Below, piece by piece: positions 53,034 to 62,383 of a stretch of DNA of 64,000 bases. Each line of letters begins with the position of its first letter. The first letter of the stretch is position 1. The notes under the pieces were generated by a model. It was not told where the DNA came from, did not search any database, and was given only the letters and a program-made list of their open reading frames with translations. The translations under genes were made by a program, and so were the position numbers. Origin of the DNA: a virus; IMG/VR virus record IMGVR_UViG_3300037258_001214, positions 30,376-94,375 of that record. One strand, 5' to 3'.

Positions 53034-55277
53034 GTGACCACCTGGCGGCTGATGGACGGCGCCTCCGGGCGCCCCGGGGTCGGCTCGTCCGGCACCCAGC
53101 CGCCCACGGGCCCGACCTCCTACTCCGGTCCCTACGTCGCCGGGACCGTCTTCCAGGTCACCGCAGGCGGCCTGTGGTTTCAGGGCTACTGGTGGTGGTG
53201 CCCGCCCGGAGGTGACACCGGGGCTCAGAAGTTCGCGTTGTGGTCCCTGGACGGGGCCGCCAGCGGGGTCCTGATCTCCGCGAGCGTGGTTGCGTCGGGC
53301 ACGCTCACGGCGAACGCGTTCAACTTCGTGCCGGTCTCCGCCCCGATCCAGTTGGCCATAGGCACCGAGTACCTGGCCGCGACCGGGTACACCGCCAGCG
53401 CGGGATTCCCGCTGACCGCCAACCAGTTCGGCAGCGGCGACCCGTACAGCAGCGGAATCGTCAACGGGCCGCTGACCGGCCTGTCCGACGGAGACGGCGG
53501 CGGCGGCGGGACCGCCACCCGGTTCACGCCGCAGGGCATATTCGGCACCGGCGGCTCGGACCCGTCGACGACGATGCCCGCGTCCGGATTCGACTCCGGC
53601 AACTTCTGGGTCGACGTCCAGGTCACCGACACCGCCCCGGGCGGCTACACCGGGTCCTTCCGGATCTGGCCGGCCAAGTACGACATTGTCGCCACCGGTA
53701 CCGGTACCGACTCGCCTGATAACTACATCCTGGGCACCGAGTTCACGCTCTCCGAGGCCTGCACGCTGAACAACGTCTGGTTCTACAGCCCCAGCGGCGC
53801 GACGCAGCTCCCCACCCAGTGCGCTGTCTGGGACGTGTCGTCGCAGACGATGGTGTCCGGCACGCTGAAAACGTCGCCAGGCTGGTCCGGAGCTGCGGGA
53901 TCCGGATGGGTGTCCGCGAGCTACAGCGGTGTCACCTTGGCCGTAGGTGATTACAAGGTCTCCGTCTGGAACAGCGCCGCATCGCCGTCCGGGTGGAACG
54001 AATACACGATCGACTACTTCACCACCGGGGACGGCGGGTCAGGTATCACCACCGGGCCGATCAGCGTCCCGCCCGCATCGACGGCGACCAGCCCCGGCCA
54101 GTGCACCTACCAGACCTCCTCGGCTACGTTCGCGTACCCCGACCTGTACGTGGCGGCAGAAGGCCAGTCGTACTGGGTCGATGCGGAGGTCACCCCGGCC
54201 GCCTCCACGCCCGTCTCCGGCGCCGACACCGGCTCTGGAGCCGATGCGGGGTCAGTAACGGCAGGCCTCAGCGGGGCCGATGCCGGGTCCGGGGCCGATG
54301 CGGGAACCGTGGCGGTCAGCGACAGCGATGCGGGCAGCGGGGCCGATGCCTCCGGCATCGCCGCAACCCCGAGCGGGGCCGATGCGGGGAGCGGCGCGGA
54401 CTCGGCTACGGTCACCGTCAGCGGCGCCGACACGGGCACGGGGGCCGAGTCCTCGTCGATCGCGGCCACGCTGAGCGGCAGCGACAGCGGGTCGGGGGAC
54501 GACTCGGCCGCCATCGGCGTCAGCGATGCCGAGACGGCCTCGGGGGCCGATACCGGCACGCTGATCGCCACCCTGGCCGGCGGCGATACCGGGAGCGGGG
54601 CCGAGACGGCGCTGGCCGCCGTGGCGGACTCCGACGCGGGCTCAGGCGCTGATGCCGGGTCGGCAGAAGCCGCGGTCGCCAGCGGTGATACGGGCGCCGG
54701 CCTGGACGCCGCGGCGATCGCGGTCAGCGATGCGGACGCTGGCTCAGGTGCGGACAGCGGCAGCACCGCGGCGGCGCTCAGCGGCACCGAGACGGGGGGC
54801 GGGGCCGACTCGGGCGTCATCGGGGTAGCGGGCACCGAGACGGGCTCGGGTGCGGACCTCGGGACCGTGGTCCTGGGCGCGGCTGACACCGACACCGGGT
54901 CAGCAGCCGACGCCGGATCAGTATCGGCCAGCCCGGGCGGCGCCGACACAGGAGGCGGGGCAGACGCCGGCCAGGTCGCCGTCTCCGGCCCGGACGCTGG
55001 TGCGGGCGCCGATGCCGGGAGCGTCGCGGTCGTCAGCTCCGATGCGGGCTCGGCCGCGGACGCGAGTTCGGAAACGGCAACTGTCACCGGTGCCGACACC
55101 GGCCTAGCTGCCGACACCGGGTCGGTCAGCCTGCCGGGCGCGGAGGGCCGGCTCCGCGCCTCGCTGCTCGGCGGCTCCGCTGTCCTCACCGCCTCCTACG
55201 GCGGTACCGCAACCCTGGCCCGCGCCTACGCCGGGACCGCATCCAACGCCAACGAATACGCCGGGAGCGCCTCATGA
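53034..55277 (+). CDS. Virion adhesin/fibre: two DUF4082-like domains plus D-x-G-x-G-x-D repeat stalk
   Basis: GT.F......GY.W / NFWVDV and ILGTEF...YWVDAEV; many ~16-19 aa repeats. Confidence 0.8.
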   Translation: MTTWRLMDGASGRPGVGSSGTQPPTGPTSYSGPYVAGTVFQVTAGGLWFQGYWWWCPPGGDTGAQKFALWSLDGAASGVLISASVVASGTLTANAFNFVPVSAPIQLAIGTEYLAATGYTASAGFPLTANQFGSGDPYSSGIVNGPLTGLSDGDGGGGGTATRFTPQGIFGTGGSDPSTTMPASGFDSGNFWVDVQVTDTAPGGYTGSFRIWPAKYDIVATGTGTDSPDNYILGTEFTLSEACTLNNVWFYSPSGATQLPTQCAVWDVSSQTMVSGTLKTSPGWSGAAGSGWVSASYSGVTLAVGDYKVSVWNSAASPSGWNEYTIDYFTTGDGGSGITTGPISVPPASTATSPGQCTYQTSSATFAYPDLYVAAEGQSYWVDAEVTPAASTPVSGADTGSGADAGSVTAGLSGADAGSGADAGTVAVSDSDAGSGADASGIAATPSGADAGSGADSATVTVSGADTGTGAESSSIAATLSGSDSGSGDDSAAIGVSDAETASGADTGTLIATLAGGDTGSGAETALAAVADSDAGSGADAGSAEAAVASGDTGAGLDAAAIAVSDADAGSGADSGSTAAALSGTETGGGADSGVIGVAGTETGSGADLGTVVLGAADTDTGSAADAGSVSASPGGADTGGGADAGQVAVSGPDAGAGADAGSVAVVSSDAGSAADASSETATVTGADTGLAADTGSVSLPGAEGRLRASLLGGSAVLTASYGGTATLARAYAGTASNANEYAGSAS

Positions 55278-55612
55278 GCCTTCGCTTCGACCTGTCCGGG
55301 GTCGCTGGCAACGACCTGGAGTTCGAGTTCGCCCTGACCTACAACGGGATCCCGCTGAACCTGTCCGGCTACATGCTGGCCGTCTACCTCAAGGCCTCGG
55401 CGACGACGCCGGACGCCCTGGCCAGCGTCTTCGGGTCCGGCACCGGGCTCACGATCACCGACGCCTCGGTAGCCCAGTTCACCTGGGCGATCCCGCGTGC
55501 CGACACGGCGCTAGCCGCGCCCGGATCGCTGTGGTACCGGGTCGACGTCACCGACCCGGACTCGAACGTGGCCACCGCCATGTTCGGCGCGCTGAACCTG
55601 GCGGCGGCCTGA
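55274..55612 (+). CDS. BppU-N-like structural protein
   Basis: GND....F.L...G.PLNL.G......K...LTITD. Confidence 0.65.
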   Translation: MSLRFDLSGVAGNDLEFEFALTYNGIPLNLSGYMLAVYLKASATTPDALASVFGSGTGLTITDASVAQFTWAIPRADTALAAPGSLWYRVDVTDPDSNVATAMFGALNLAAA

Positions 55613-55628
55613 TGGCAGGTGATAGCGG

Positions 55629-56879
55629 ATGACCTTCGCCCCGGTCCAGTCCAAGGCCGGCTCAGGCACGTCCAGCCCGGTCACCGTCACGCTGAGCAGT
55701 CCCACCGGTGCCGGGAACTGCCTGGTCGTCAAGGTCAGCTTGTCCAACAGCTCCCCGCCGACGGTGAGCAGCGTCAAGCTCGGCGGGGCGGCCGGTAACT
55801 TCGCCTCGGCCAAGGCCGCGTCCGTGGGCCCTGTCGGGGTCGCGATCTGGATCGACGAGGACTGCGCAGGCGGCCAGACCGCCGTGGCGGTCGCCTTCAG
55901 CGGCGGCACCGGGTTGTCCCCCGAGGTCGCCGTCTGGGTCGAGGAATGGTCCGGGGTGAAATCCTCCGGGGCTGTCGACGTCAGCAACGACGGCACAGGC
56001 AGCGGGGGGACGACGTTCTCCAGCAACTCCTCCGGCACCCTGTCGCAGGCGAACGAACTGGTCATAGCCGCCGTCGCCGCGTTCGGCCCGTCGATGACCA
56101 TCACCGGGCCTGCCACCGGAGGGTGGACGAACCTGGCCCAGGAGAGCGCCGGGACCAGCGTCGGGCTGATGGCCGGCTACCAGGTCGTGAGCGCGACGAC
56201 GGCCCTGACCTACTCGGGCACCCTGTCCACGTCGTCGAGCGACTACGCCGCGGTGATCGTCACCCTGGAAGGCGGCACCCCGGTCTCCAGCTCGGACACC
56301 GGGTCAGGTGCCGAGTCGTCGTCGATCGCGGTCAGCGACACCGACGCGGGCACCGGGGCCGATGCCGGCACGGTCGCGGCCACGGTCAGCAGCGCGGAGA
56401 CCGGCTCCGGGTCGGACGCAGCCAGGGTCGGGGTCGCCAGCGGCGACACCGGGAGCGGGGCCGAGGCTGCCAGTCCTCCGCCCGCCACGCTCACCGCCCC
56501 CGACACCGGCGCCGGCGCCGAGGGCGCTCCCTCGATCGCGTTCACCGCGGCGGGCGACACCGGGTCGGCCGCCGACGTGGCCACGGCGGTACTCGGGGCG
56601 TCCGGATCGGACACCGGGACGGCGGCCGAGTCGTCGTCGATCTCGGTGCAGATCGGCAGCGGCGACACCGGGAGCGGGGCCGAGGCCAGCACCATCGCGG
56701 CCACGCTGCCCGCCACGGCTGACACCGGTTCTGGCGCCGACGTGGCCAGGGTCGGGGTCACCAGCGGCGACACCGGGTCGGGGGAGGAGCACGCCGTGCA
56801 GGCGCCGTTCATCGCCCCGCCGGCCGTGCTGTGGCGGGCACCTGACTACTTGTCGAAGACCGGAGGGACGATGAGATGA
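55629..56879 (+). CDS. Virion fibre protein with the same D-T-G-S-G-A-E repeat stalk
   Basis: Beta-rich N-domain (AGN.LVV, EEWSG, ELVIA) plus repeats. Confidence 0.75.
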   Translation: MTFAPVQSKAGSGTSSPVTVTLSSPTGAGNCLVVKVSLSNSSPPTVSSVKLGGAAGNFASAKAASVGPVGVAIWIDEDCAGGQTAVAVAFSGGTGLSPEVAVWVEEWSGVKSSGAVDVSNDGTGSGGTTFSSNSSGTLSQANELVIAAVAAFGPSMTITGPATGGWTNLAQESAGTSVGLMAGYQVVSATTALTYSGTLSTSSSDYAAVIVTLEGGTPVSSSDTGSGAESSSIAVSDTDAGTGADAGTVAATVSSAETGSGSDAARVGVASGDTGSGAEAASPPPATLTAPDTGAGAEGAPSIAFTAAGDTGSAADVATAVLGASGSDTGTAAESSSISVQIGSGDTGSGAEASTIAATLPATADTGSGADVARVGVTSGDTGSGEEHAVQAPFIAPPAVLWRAPDYLSKTGGTMR

Positions 56880-57208
56880 CAGCCCAGGGTTTCGCATTGG
56901 ACGACAAGCTGCCACTGAGCGGAGGGACCATGAGCGGCACGCTGAACTTCGAGGGCAGCCCGCCCTACACCGTGGTGAAGAACACCATCGCGGGCAAGGT
57001 GACCCTGAACGGGACGAGTGCGGTCACGGTGGCCACCACGGCGGTCGACGCGGACTCGCTGGTGCTGCTGACCGTCCAGCCGGGCACGGCACCGGTGGGC
57101 ATCCCCTACGTGGCCACCCTCACCAGCGGGTCAGGGTTCACGGTCAAGTCGACCAGCGGCTCGGATACCGCGGTAAATGTAGCATGGTCCATTGTTGAAG
57201 CGGTCTAG
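56876..57208 (+). CDS. Small fibre-like structural protein
   Basis: LPLSGGTMSG.L, G.VTLNG...V.V.TT.V. Confidence 0.7.
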   Translation: MTAQGFALDDKLPLSGGTMSGTLNFEGSPPYTVVKNTIAGKVTLNGTSAVTVATTAVDADSLVLLTVQPGTAPVGIPYVATLTSGSGFTVKSTSGSDTAVNVAWSIVEAV

Positions 57209-57233
57209 AACGGATTTGCGATAAACTGAGTGC

Positions 57234-57833
57234 ATGCTTGCAACTATTTGCGCCAACGGCCTCGCGTGGCGCTTGTTCCCGTGCAAGGTGTGGACAGGAG
57301 CGCGGGGTAGCTCCTGGGGCGGTTACGGTCACCGCCGAATTGACGGCAAGGTGGAGATGGTTCACCGCGTCGCGCTGGCGGAGAAGCTCGGCCGCCCGAT
57401 CCGGCCCGGCATGAAAGCGCTCCACCACTGCGACAACCCGCCGTGCCATGAGCCCGAGCACATCTACGAGGGCACTAGCGCCCAGAACAACCAGGACACC
57501 ATTGAGCGTGGTCGGTGGCGCGGGCCAGCTAGCCGACCCGCGATAGACGAGTCACTGAAAGAGGCCATCGTCCGCAGGTACGTCACCGATGGAGCGTCAT
57601 TTGACGAAGTAGCCGCAGAATTCGGCATCGGCGCCAGCTCGGTGAACCGGCTCGTGCCGCGCGACCAGCATCGGCCTGTGGGGATGCGCGGACAGTCACC
57701 GCAAGTCATCGAGGCGATTTGCCGTAAATATGCAGCGGGCGGCGTAACCCAACTCGCGCTGGCCAGGGAATTCGGCCTCGCTACCGGGACGATCAGCCGC
57801 ATTATCTCGATGAACTCCGCTAAGAGCGCCTGA
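57234..57833 (+). CDS. HNH homing endonuclease with two C-terminal HTHs
   Basis: C..WTG....GYG...HR...LHHCDNPPC..P.HI..GT..QN.QD. Confidence 0.9.
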   Translation: MLATICANGLAWRLFPCKVWTGARGSSWGGYGHRRIDGKVEMVHRVALAEKLGRPIRPGMKALHHCDNPPCHEPEHIYEGTSAQNNQDTIERGRWRGPASRPAIDESLKEAIVRRYVTDGASFDEVAAEFGIGASSVNRLVPRDQHRPVGMRGQSPQVIEAICRKYAAGGVTQLALAREFGLATGTISRIISMNSAKSA

Positions 57834-58002
57834 CCCGAGCCTGGAGCATCGTCGAGGCGGTCTGACGGACCCCTGAACGCGAACTGCCCCGCCACCCTGG
57901 AATGGGTGGCGGGGCAGCGACTGCACGGGACCGGGCTGTCAGCCTTCAGGCGCTGCCTGCATGCGCCCTGGTCAGGATCTGGGGGCCGGCCCAAGAGAGG
58001 GG

Positions 58003-58019
58003 GGGCCGGCGCCCGGCCC
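58003..58019 (-). terminator. Hairpin between convergent genes
   Basis: GGGCCGG-CGC-CCGGCCC followed on the minus strand by a pyrimidine run. Confidence 0.4.
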
Positions 58020-58039
58020 GTGCCGCGAGAGGGAAGGGC

Positions 58040-58783
58040 CTACGGCAGGGTGCCGAAGTCGGCGCCCCACAGCTGGTTCGTGTTCACGTCCAGGAACGGG
58101 AACGCCGCGAACCCGGTCAGGTTGTCCACCTGAAGCTGCGGGCGCGGCTTGTCAGTCGGGAACCCGTTCGCCGGGTAGGTCAGCACGAACGGCTCGGAGA
58201 AGTTCGTGTCAGACCCGTTGATCGGCGGGGCGTAGCTGCTGCCGAACCCGGCGAGGGTCTGCAGCGGGACGATCCACACCGTCTTGGCGGAGACGCCGCA
58301 CGGCTGCAGCGTCACCCCCTCGCCCTGGACAGCGGTGACGGCGACCCCGGCGCACAGGCCGCTGTCGACGCCGAACGGCGCGTACTCCACCTCGAACGCC
58401 GGGTCGTTCAGGTCCACCGGGGCGACGCACGCCGGGAACGTCGGCGTCGTGCAGCCGTAGTGCAGCGCGACCGCTGAGGAGACCAGGCCAGCAGCAAAGA
58501 AGTCGGCGGTGGTGCCCTGGAAGGCCAGGGTCCAGTCCTCGGCCGGGTCGGTGTTGGACTGCCGGAACAGGATGACCGGCTGGCCCACGTTCCTCTTCTG
58601 CTGGAAGACGTCCATGACGAACGCCGCGTCGTGATGGGTGCCGAACTGGTTGCTGAAGATGTCGATGCAGGCGTGTCCGCACGACGGGGTTGCCGCGCTG
58701 GCCGTCCCTGCCGCCGCGAGACCGGCGCCGGCGGCCAGGGTCAGCACCGCGGCTGCGGCCAGAACCTTGCTCTTGATGCTCAA
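58040..58783 (-). CDS. Secreted ricin-type beta-trefoil-like protein (moron)
   Basis: GAAAGGA RBS and TTG start; Sec signal ending ASA-A; paired Cys, LQPC...TVW, NQLW. Confidence 0.75.
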   Translation of the reverse strand: MSIKSKVLAAAAVLTLAAGAGLAAAGTASAATPSCGHACIDIFSNQFGTHHDAAFVMDVFQQKRNVGQPVILFRQSNTDPAEDWTLAFQGTTADFFAAGLVSSAVALHYGCTTPTFPACVAPVDLNDPAFEVEYAPFGVDSGLCAGVAVTAVQGEGVTLQPCGVSAKTVWIVPLQTLAGFGSSYAPPINGSDTNFSEPFVLTYPANGFPTDKPRPQLQVDNLTGFAAFPFLDVNTNQLWGADFGTLP

Positions 58784-58871
58784 GAGTCGTTTCCTTTCGT
58801 CGGGGACCATCCCCTGCGGATAGTCCTCGTTTCCCCCGGCCCGTAGTTGCAGGGCCGGAAGCTTCAGATGG

Positions 58872-59323
58872 TCAGCACGCCTCCCATAGCGTGCGCGGTA
58901 TGTCTTCCGTGCCGCCCCGCGCCCGCGGCCGCGATGGCCGGTCCCAGCCCGGATGCGCGGGGCGGCACGGCCACCACGCGCCAGCCCGCGGCCCGGAGCG
59001 AGGCACCTGACTCGCCGGCCTGCGTGTAGGTCACCAGCCGCGTGTAGCCGAGCGCGAACGTCGCCCGGGCGCACGCTCCGTACAGGAGCGAGCCAGCATT
59101 CCGGTACCCGTCGCTGGCCACCCGGGTGACTTCCAGCGTCTGGCCGTTGTCCAGCAGCCGCGCGACCGGCCGGCCCGCGATCGCGACCCCGCGCAGCACG
59201 CTGCCCTCGTCCGCGGCCCCCACAGCGAACTTCATGCCGCGGGGGGGGGGCGTGGTGGCGATGCCACATCAGCGTGAACCGGCAGGCGTCACGGTAGGAG
59301 ACGGGTACCAGGTGAAGGGTCAA
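58872..59323 (-). pseudogene. XF1762-family (Mom-like GNAT) DNA-modification protein with two +1 frameshifts
   Basis: HRHH.PP | G.KFAVG...GVAI.GRPVAR.LD.G.TLEVTR...TYT..GE.G.SLRAAGW | GWDRPSRPR...RTLWE in three successive frames. Confidence 0.8.
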
Positions 59324-61959
59324 CTGGCCTCCACCTCGGCCGGGGCCTCGTCGAGCAGGTCGAACAGCGACGGCACAGAGGCCTCGTCCGCGGCGCCCTG
59401 GACGTAGCCCACGCCATCGGCGAAGTAGCCGGGGCTCAGCTCGACGCCCCAGCCGATCCGGCCCGATTTCACCGCGCAGTAAGGCACCGACATAAGGCCG
59501 CCGAAGGGGTCATACACCGTCTCGCCTGGCGCCGAGTAGCGGACGAGCAGCCTGTCAACGATGTCCCACTGGATCGGGCAAAGGTGGTACTGCTGCCCTT
59601 TCCGCTCCTGGAGCATGTTGAGCGTCCGCATCCGCGCGACGTCGGTCCACACGTCGGGGTGCCAGCTCGGCGTCTGCAGCAGCATGAACCCGGCCGGCAG
59701 ACGGCCGCCGCGCTCGAGGTGCTCGCCCAGCTGGACGTGCCGCTCGTAGCCGTAGACCGAGGTCAGGTAGCGGTCACGGAACCGCTTGAAGATGTCCGAG
59801 TGCGGCAGGCCGTCCAGCTCGCGGGGCAGCAGCGGCCGGTTGCCGTCCGACCGCCAGAACCCGTGGGCGTCGGTCTGCCAGCGCGACCGGCTGTACGCGG
59901 TCTTGGACTTCACGACCGGGGTGTCCGCGTAGCCATCGCTGTTATCGGTGGGCGGCTTGCGGAACACCAGCACGTACTCAGGAACCCCGGCGCCCATCTT
60001 CGAGCCGTCTTTGCACTGCTCAGTCCAGCCCAAGCGGTAGGTCTGGTTGTTCTCGCGCACCACATCGGTCACGACGGTGATCTGCGCCAGCAGGGCGAAC
60101 CCGTGCCGCATGTAGTGGAAGATCGCCTCAGCGTGGAACGGCTGCAGGGTCTGGAACCCGAGCCCGGTCAGGCCGCCCGGGGTGATCCGGTCCTTGACGT
60201 GGATGCACATGACCCGGCCCGGGGCGAGCACGCGGAACAACTCGGGCGTGAGGAAATCCATCTGCTGCCAGAACGCGCCGTTGTCCTCGTTGTGGCCGAA
60301 ATCGTTGATGTTCGGGCTGTATTCATATTGCGTGGAGAACGGGATAGACGTGATTATCTGGTGGACGCTATCTGATGCCATTCCGGCCGTTTCAAGCACC
60401 GCGTCATTGTTCACGAGGAGATAGCCGGGGCCGCGCGCTTCCCGGCGCGTGACCCCTGATGACCTGGTGAGACCCGAGGCTATGGCGTCCTGGGCGAGGC
60501 CTCGCTCGCGGATGATCCGGCTCATCCTGGCGACCTGCTCGTCGTGCTGGCGCCATTTCTGCTCAAGCCGCGCCTTGATGCCCTGCTCGGCGTCGGAGTG
60601 GACCAGGTGCACCGTGCACGGTGACTGCTGGAGGAACCGGTGGATCCGGTGGATGCCCTGCGCGACTTCAGCGAACTTGAACCCGATCCCCGCGAAGATC
60701 ATCGTGTGGCACTGCTGCAGGTTCACCCCGGCGCCGTACATCGACGGCTTGGTCAGGAACACCGAGGTCTCGCGGGCACGCCACCGCTCGATCAGCACCT
60801 CGCGGTCCTCGACGGGCTGGCTGCCGTACAGCGATGAGACGGTGATCCCCTCGGCGGCCAGGGCGCGCTCGATGGCCCGCTGCTCGTCGTTGAGGTCGCA
60901 CCAGATGACGAGCTGGTCGCGCAGCTGGCCGTCCGGGCCGCGCTCGGCGCGGATGATCTCCGTGACTTCCGCGATCCGCGCGTCCAGGCTGAACCGCTTC
61001 TCGGCCGAGGCCTCGCGCACCCCGAACGCCGCGTCCCTGAACATGAAGCCCTGGCCGTCCTGGTGCTCCCCGGCGCCGAAATAGGGGGCCATCGGGGACT
61101 GGACCTCGTGCCAGCGGACGTCGAGCGGGGGAAGCTCGTAGCCTTCGTCGGAGTGGCCGAGGTCGGACGGCTTCTGGAGGAACAGGGCCCAGGATGCTAC
61201 CCAGTGCCAGAAGTCGTCCGCCATGTGCGGCAGCAGGGTCAGCCGGTCGGCATGCTCGGAGTCCCGCTTGAAGAACCTGGTCTTCCCTTGCGAGATGTCC
61301 ATGATGTCCAGGAACGCCGCGTAGGCGAGCAGTTCGGTGTAGTCGTTCGGGTCGGGGGTGGCCGTGGCCACGAACCGGTAGGCGGCCGACCCTTCGTACA
61401 GGCGCATCAGCTCGCGGAAGGTCTTGGTGCTGCCCATGCCGGCCAGCACCTTGGCCTCGTCCAGGGAGATGGCGTCGAACTTGCGCGGGTCCAGGTGGCC
61501 GTCCCTGACCGGCTCGTAGTTGGTCAGGTAGATGCCGTCCTTCTTGGCCTCGGCCTCGCTGCGGATGTAGGACAAGTCAAGGCCGAGCAGGGTGCGCGCG
61601 TCGCGGATGAACTCTCCGCGCACCCCGAGCGGGCAGACGATCAGGCCGCGGCCGGAGCCGAGCTTCTTGATGATGAGCCGGAGCGCCTCGATCTGCTGGA
61701 CCGTCTTGCCGAGCCCGTAGGCCTCGAACCAGGCGCGGCGGCCTCCTTGCACGCCCCACACGACACTCTCTCGCTGGTGTGGTTTCAGGACCGGGTGCAC
61801 CTCGTCCGGGTCGACCTCGAACCCTGCCACGGGAGCGACCGAGGCCTTGGCGGCGAGGAATTCCCGGTAGGCCGCTATGCGAGCCTCAGCGTCCGTGCTC
61901 ACGACCATGGCGCTTCCCTCCGCTGGCGGCGGGGCTCCGGATCGCAGGCGGGGCGTCAT
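59320..61959 (-). CDS. SNF2-like helicase / N4-C or N6-A DNA methyltransferase fusion
   Basis: GLGKT, LDEA, ATATP, G.G.NLQ, QG..RI.RF.Q; methyltransferase motif IV TSIPF and motif I DPFGGL (beta order). Confidence 0.9.
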   Translation of the reverse strand: MTPRLRSGAPPPAEGSAMVVSTDAEARIAAYREFLAAKASVAPVAGFEVDPDEVHPVLKPHQRESVVWGVQGGRRAWFEAYGLGKTVQQIEALRLIIKKLGSGRGLIVCPLGVRGEFIRDARTLLGLDLSYIRSEAEAKKDGIYLTNYEPVRDGHLDPRKFDAISLDEAKVLAGMGSTKTFRELMRLYEGSAAYRFVATATPDPNDYTELLAYAAFLDIMDISQGKTRFFKRDSEHADRLTLLPHMADDFWHWVASWALFLQKPSDLGHSDEGYELPPLDVRWHEVQSPMAPYFGAGEHQDGQGFMFRDAAFGVREASAEKRFSLDARIAEVTEIIRAERGPDGQLRDQLVIWCDLNDEQRAIERALAAEGITVSSLYGSQPVEDREVLIERWRARETSVFLTKPSMYGAGVNLQQCHTMIFAGIGFKFAEVAQGIHRIHRFLQQSPCTVHLVHSDAEQGIKARLEQKWRQHDEQVARMSRIIRERGLAQDAIASGLTRSSGVTRREARGPGYLLVNNDAVLETAGMASDSVHQIITSIPFSTQYEYSPNINDFGHNEDNGAFWQQMDFLTPELFRVLAPGRVMCIHVKDRITPGGLTGLGFQTLQPFHAEAIFHYMRHGFALLAQITVVTDVVRENNQTYRLGWTEQCKDGSKMGAGVPEYVLVFRKPPTDNSDGYADTPVVKSKTAYSRSRWQTDAHGFWRSDGNRPLLPRELDGLPHSDIFKRFRDRYLTSVYGYERHVQLGEHLERGGRLPAGFMLLQTPSWHPDVWTDVARMRTLNMLQERKGQQYHLCPIQWDIVDRLLVRYSAPGETVYDPFGGLMSVPYCAVKSGRIGWGVELSPGYFADGVGYVQGAADEASVPSLFDLLDEAPAEVEAS

Positions 61960-62246
61960 GCGGCTGGCTTCCTTCGGCGCGGCTCGCGGGCCTGCAGCAG
62001 CGGGACGGAGGCGCCGGGCACCCTGGGAGTGCCGGGCCGGGGCGGCGCGCGGCGGATGACGGGGGGAGATGGCTGCTCCTCGCCCAGGCGCACGATCTCC
62101 TTCAGGTGCTCGTCCGTCCACCGGTACGAGCCGCCGATCATCGTGAACGGGATCTCCCGCCGCCGTGCCTTTTCCCGCAGCCAGGATGCTTTGCAGTCGC
62201 CGCCGATGATGGCGGCGGCCTCCTCGGCGGTGTGGACGAGAGACAT
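61956..62246 (-). CDS. xis: Excisionase (HTH_17-like)
   Basis: TAEEAA....C..SWLRE.AR.REIP.T.IGG.YRWT..HL..I; divergent from the integrase. Confidence 0.8.
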   Translation of the reverse strand: MSLVHTAEEAAAIIGGDCKASWLREKARRREIPFTMIGGSYRWTDEHLKEIVRLGEEQPSPPVIRRAPPRPGTPRVPGASVPLLQAREPRRRKPAA

Positions 62247-62262
62247 AGGCCCGACCATAGCG

Positions 62263-62368
62263 CACACTGTGACACACTGCAAAAGAGTGCGCGCACTGTT
62301 ACCCAAGCTTTACCAGGACGCGGGAGTGTGCTGTACTGGCGTGCAGTGTGCGCTACGGTCACGCACTG
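62263..62368. promoter_or_regulatory. C(A/G)CACTG repeats in the xis/int divergent promoter
   Basis: Copies at 62263, 62273, 62292, 62362 and inverted at 62344. Confidence 0.55.
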
Positions 62369-62383
62369 CAAGGGGATCAGGCT

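Noticed and set aside
53034-56879. Diversity-generating retroelement or invertase shufflon at the fibre genes
   Set aside because: No reverse transcriptase, no adenine-specific TR/VR pair, no invertase and no inverted crossover sites seen
58040-59323. 427-aa fusion of the XF1762 N-terminus with the secreted protein
   Set aside because: Artefact of the G10 frameshift; the secreted gene has its own RBS and signal peptide
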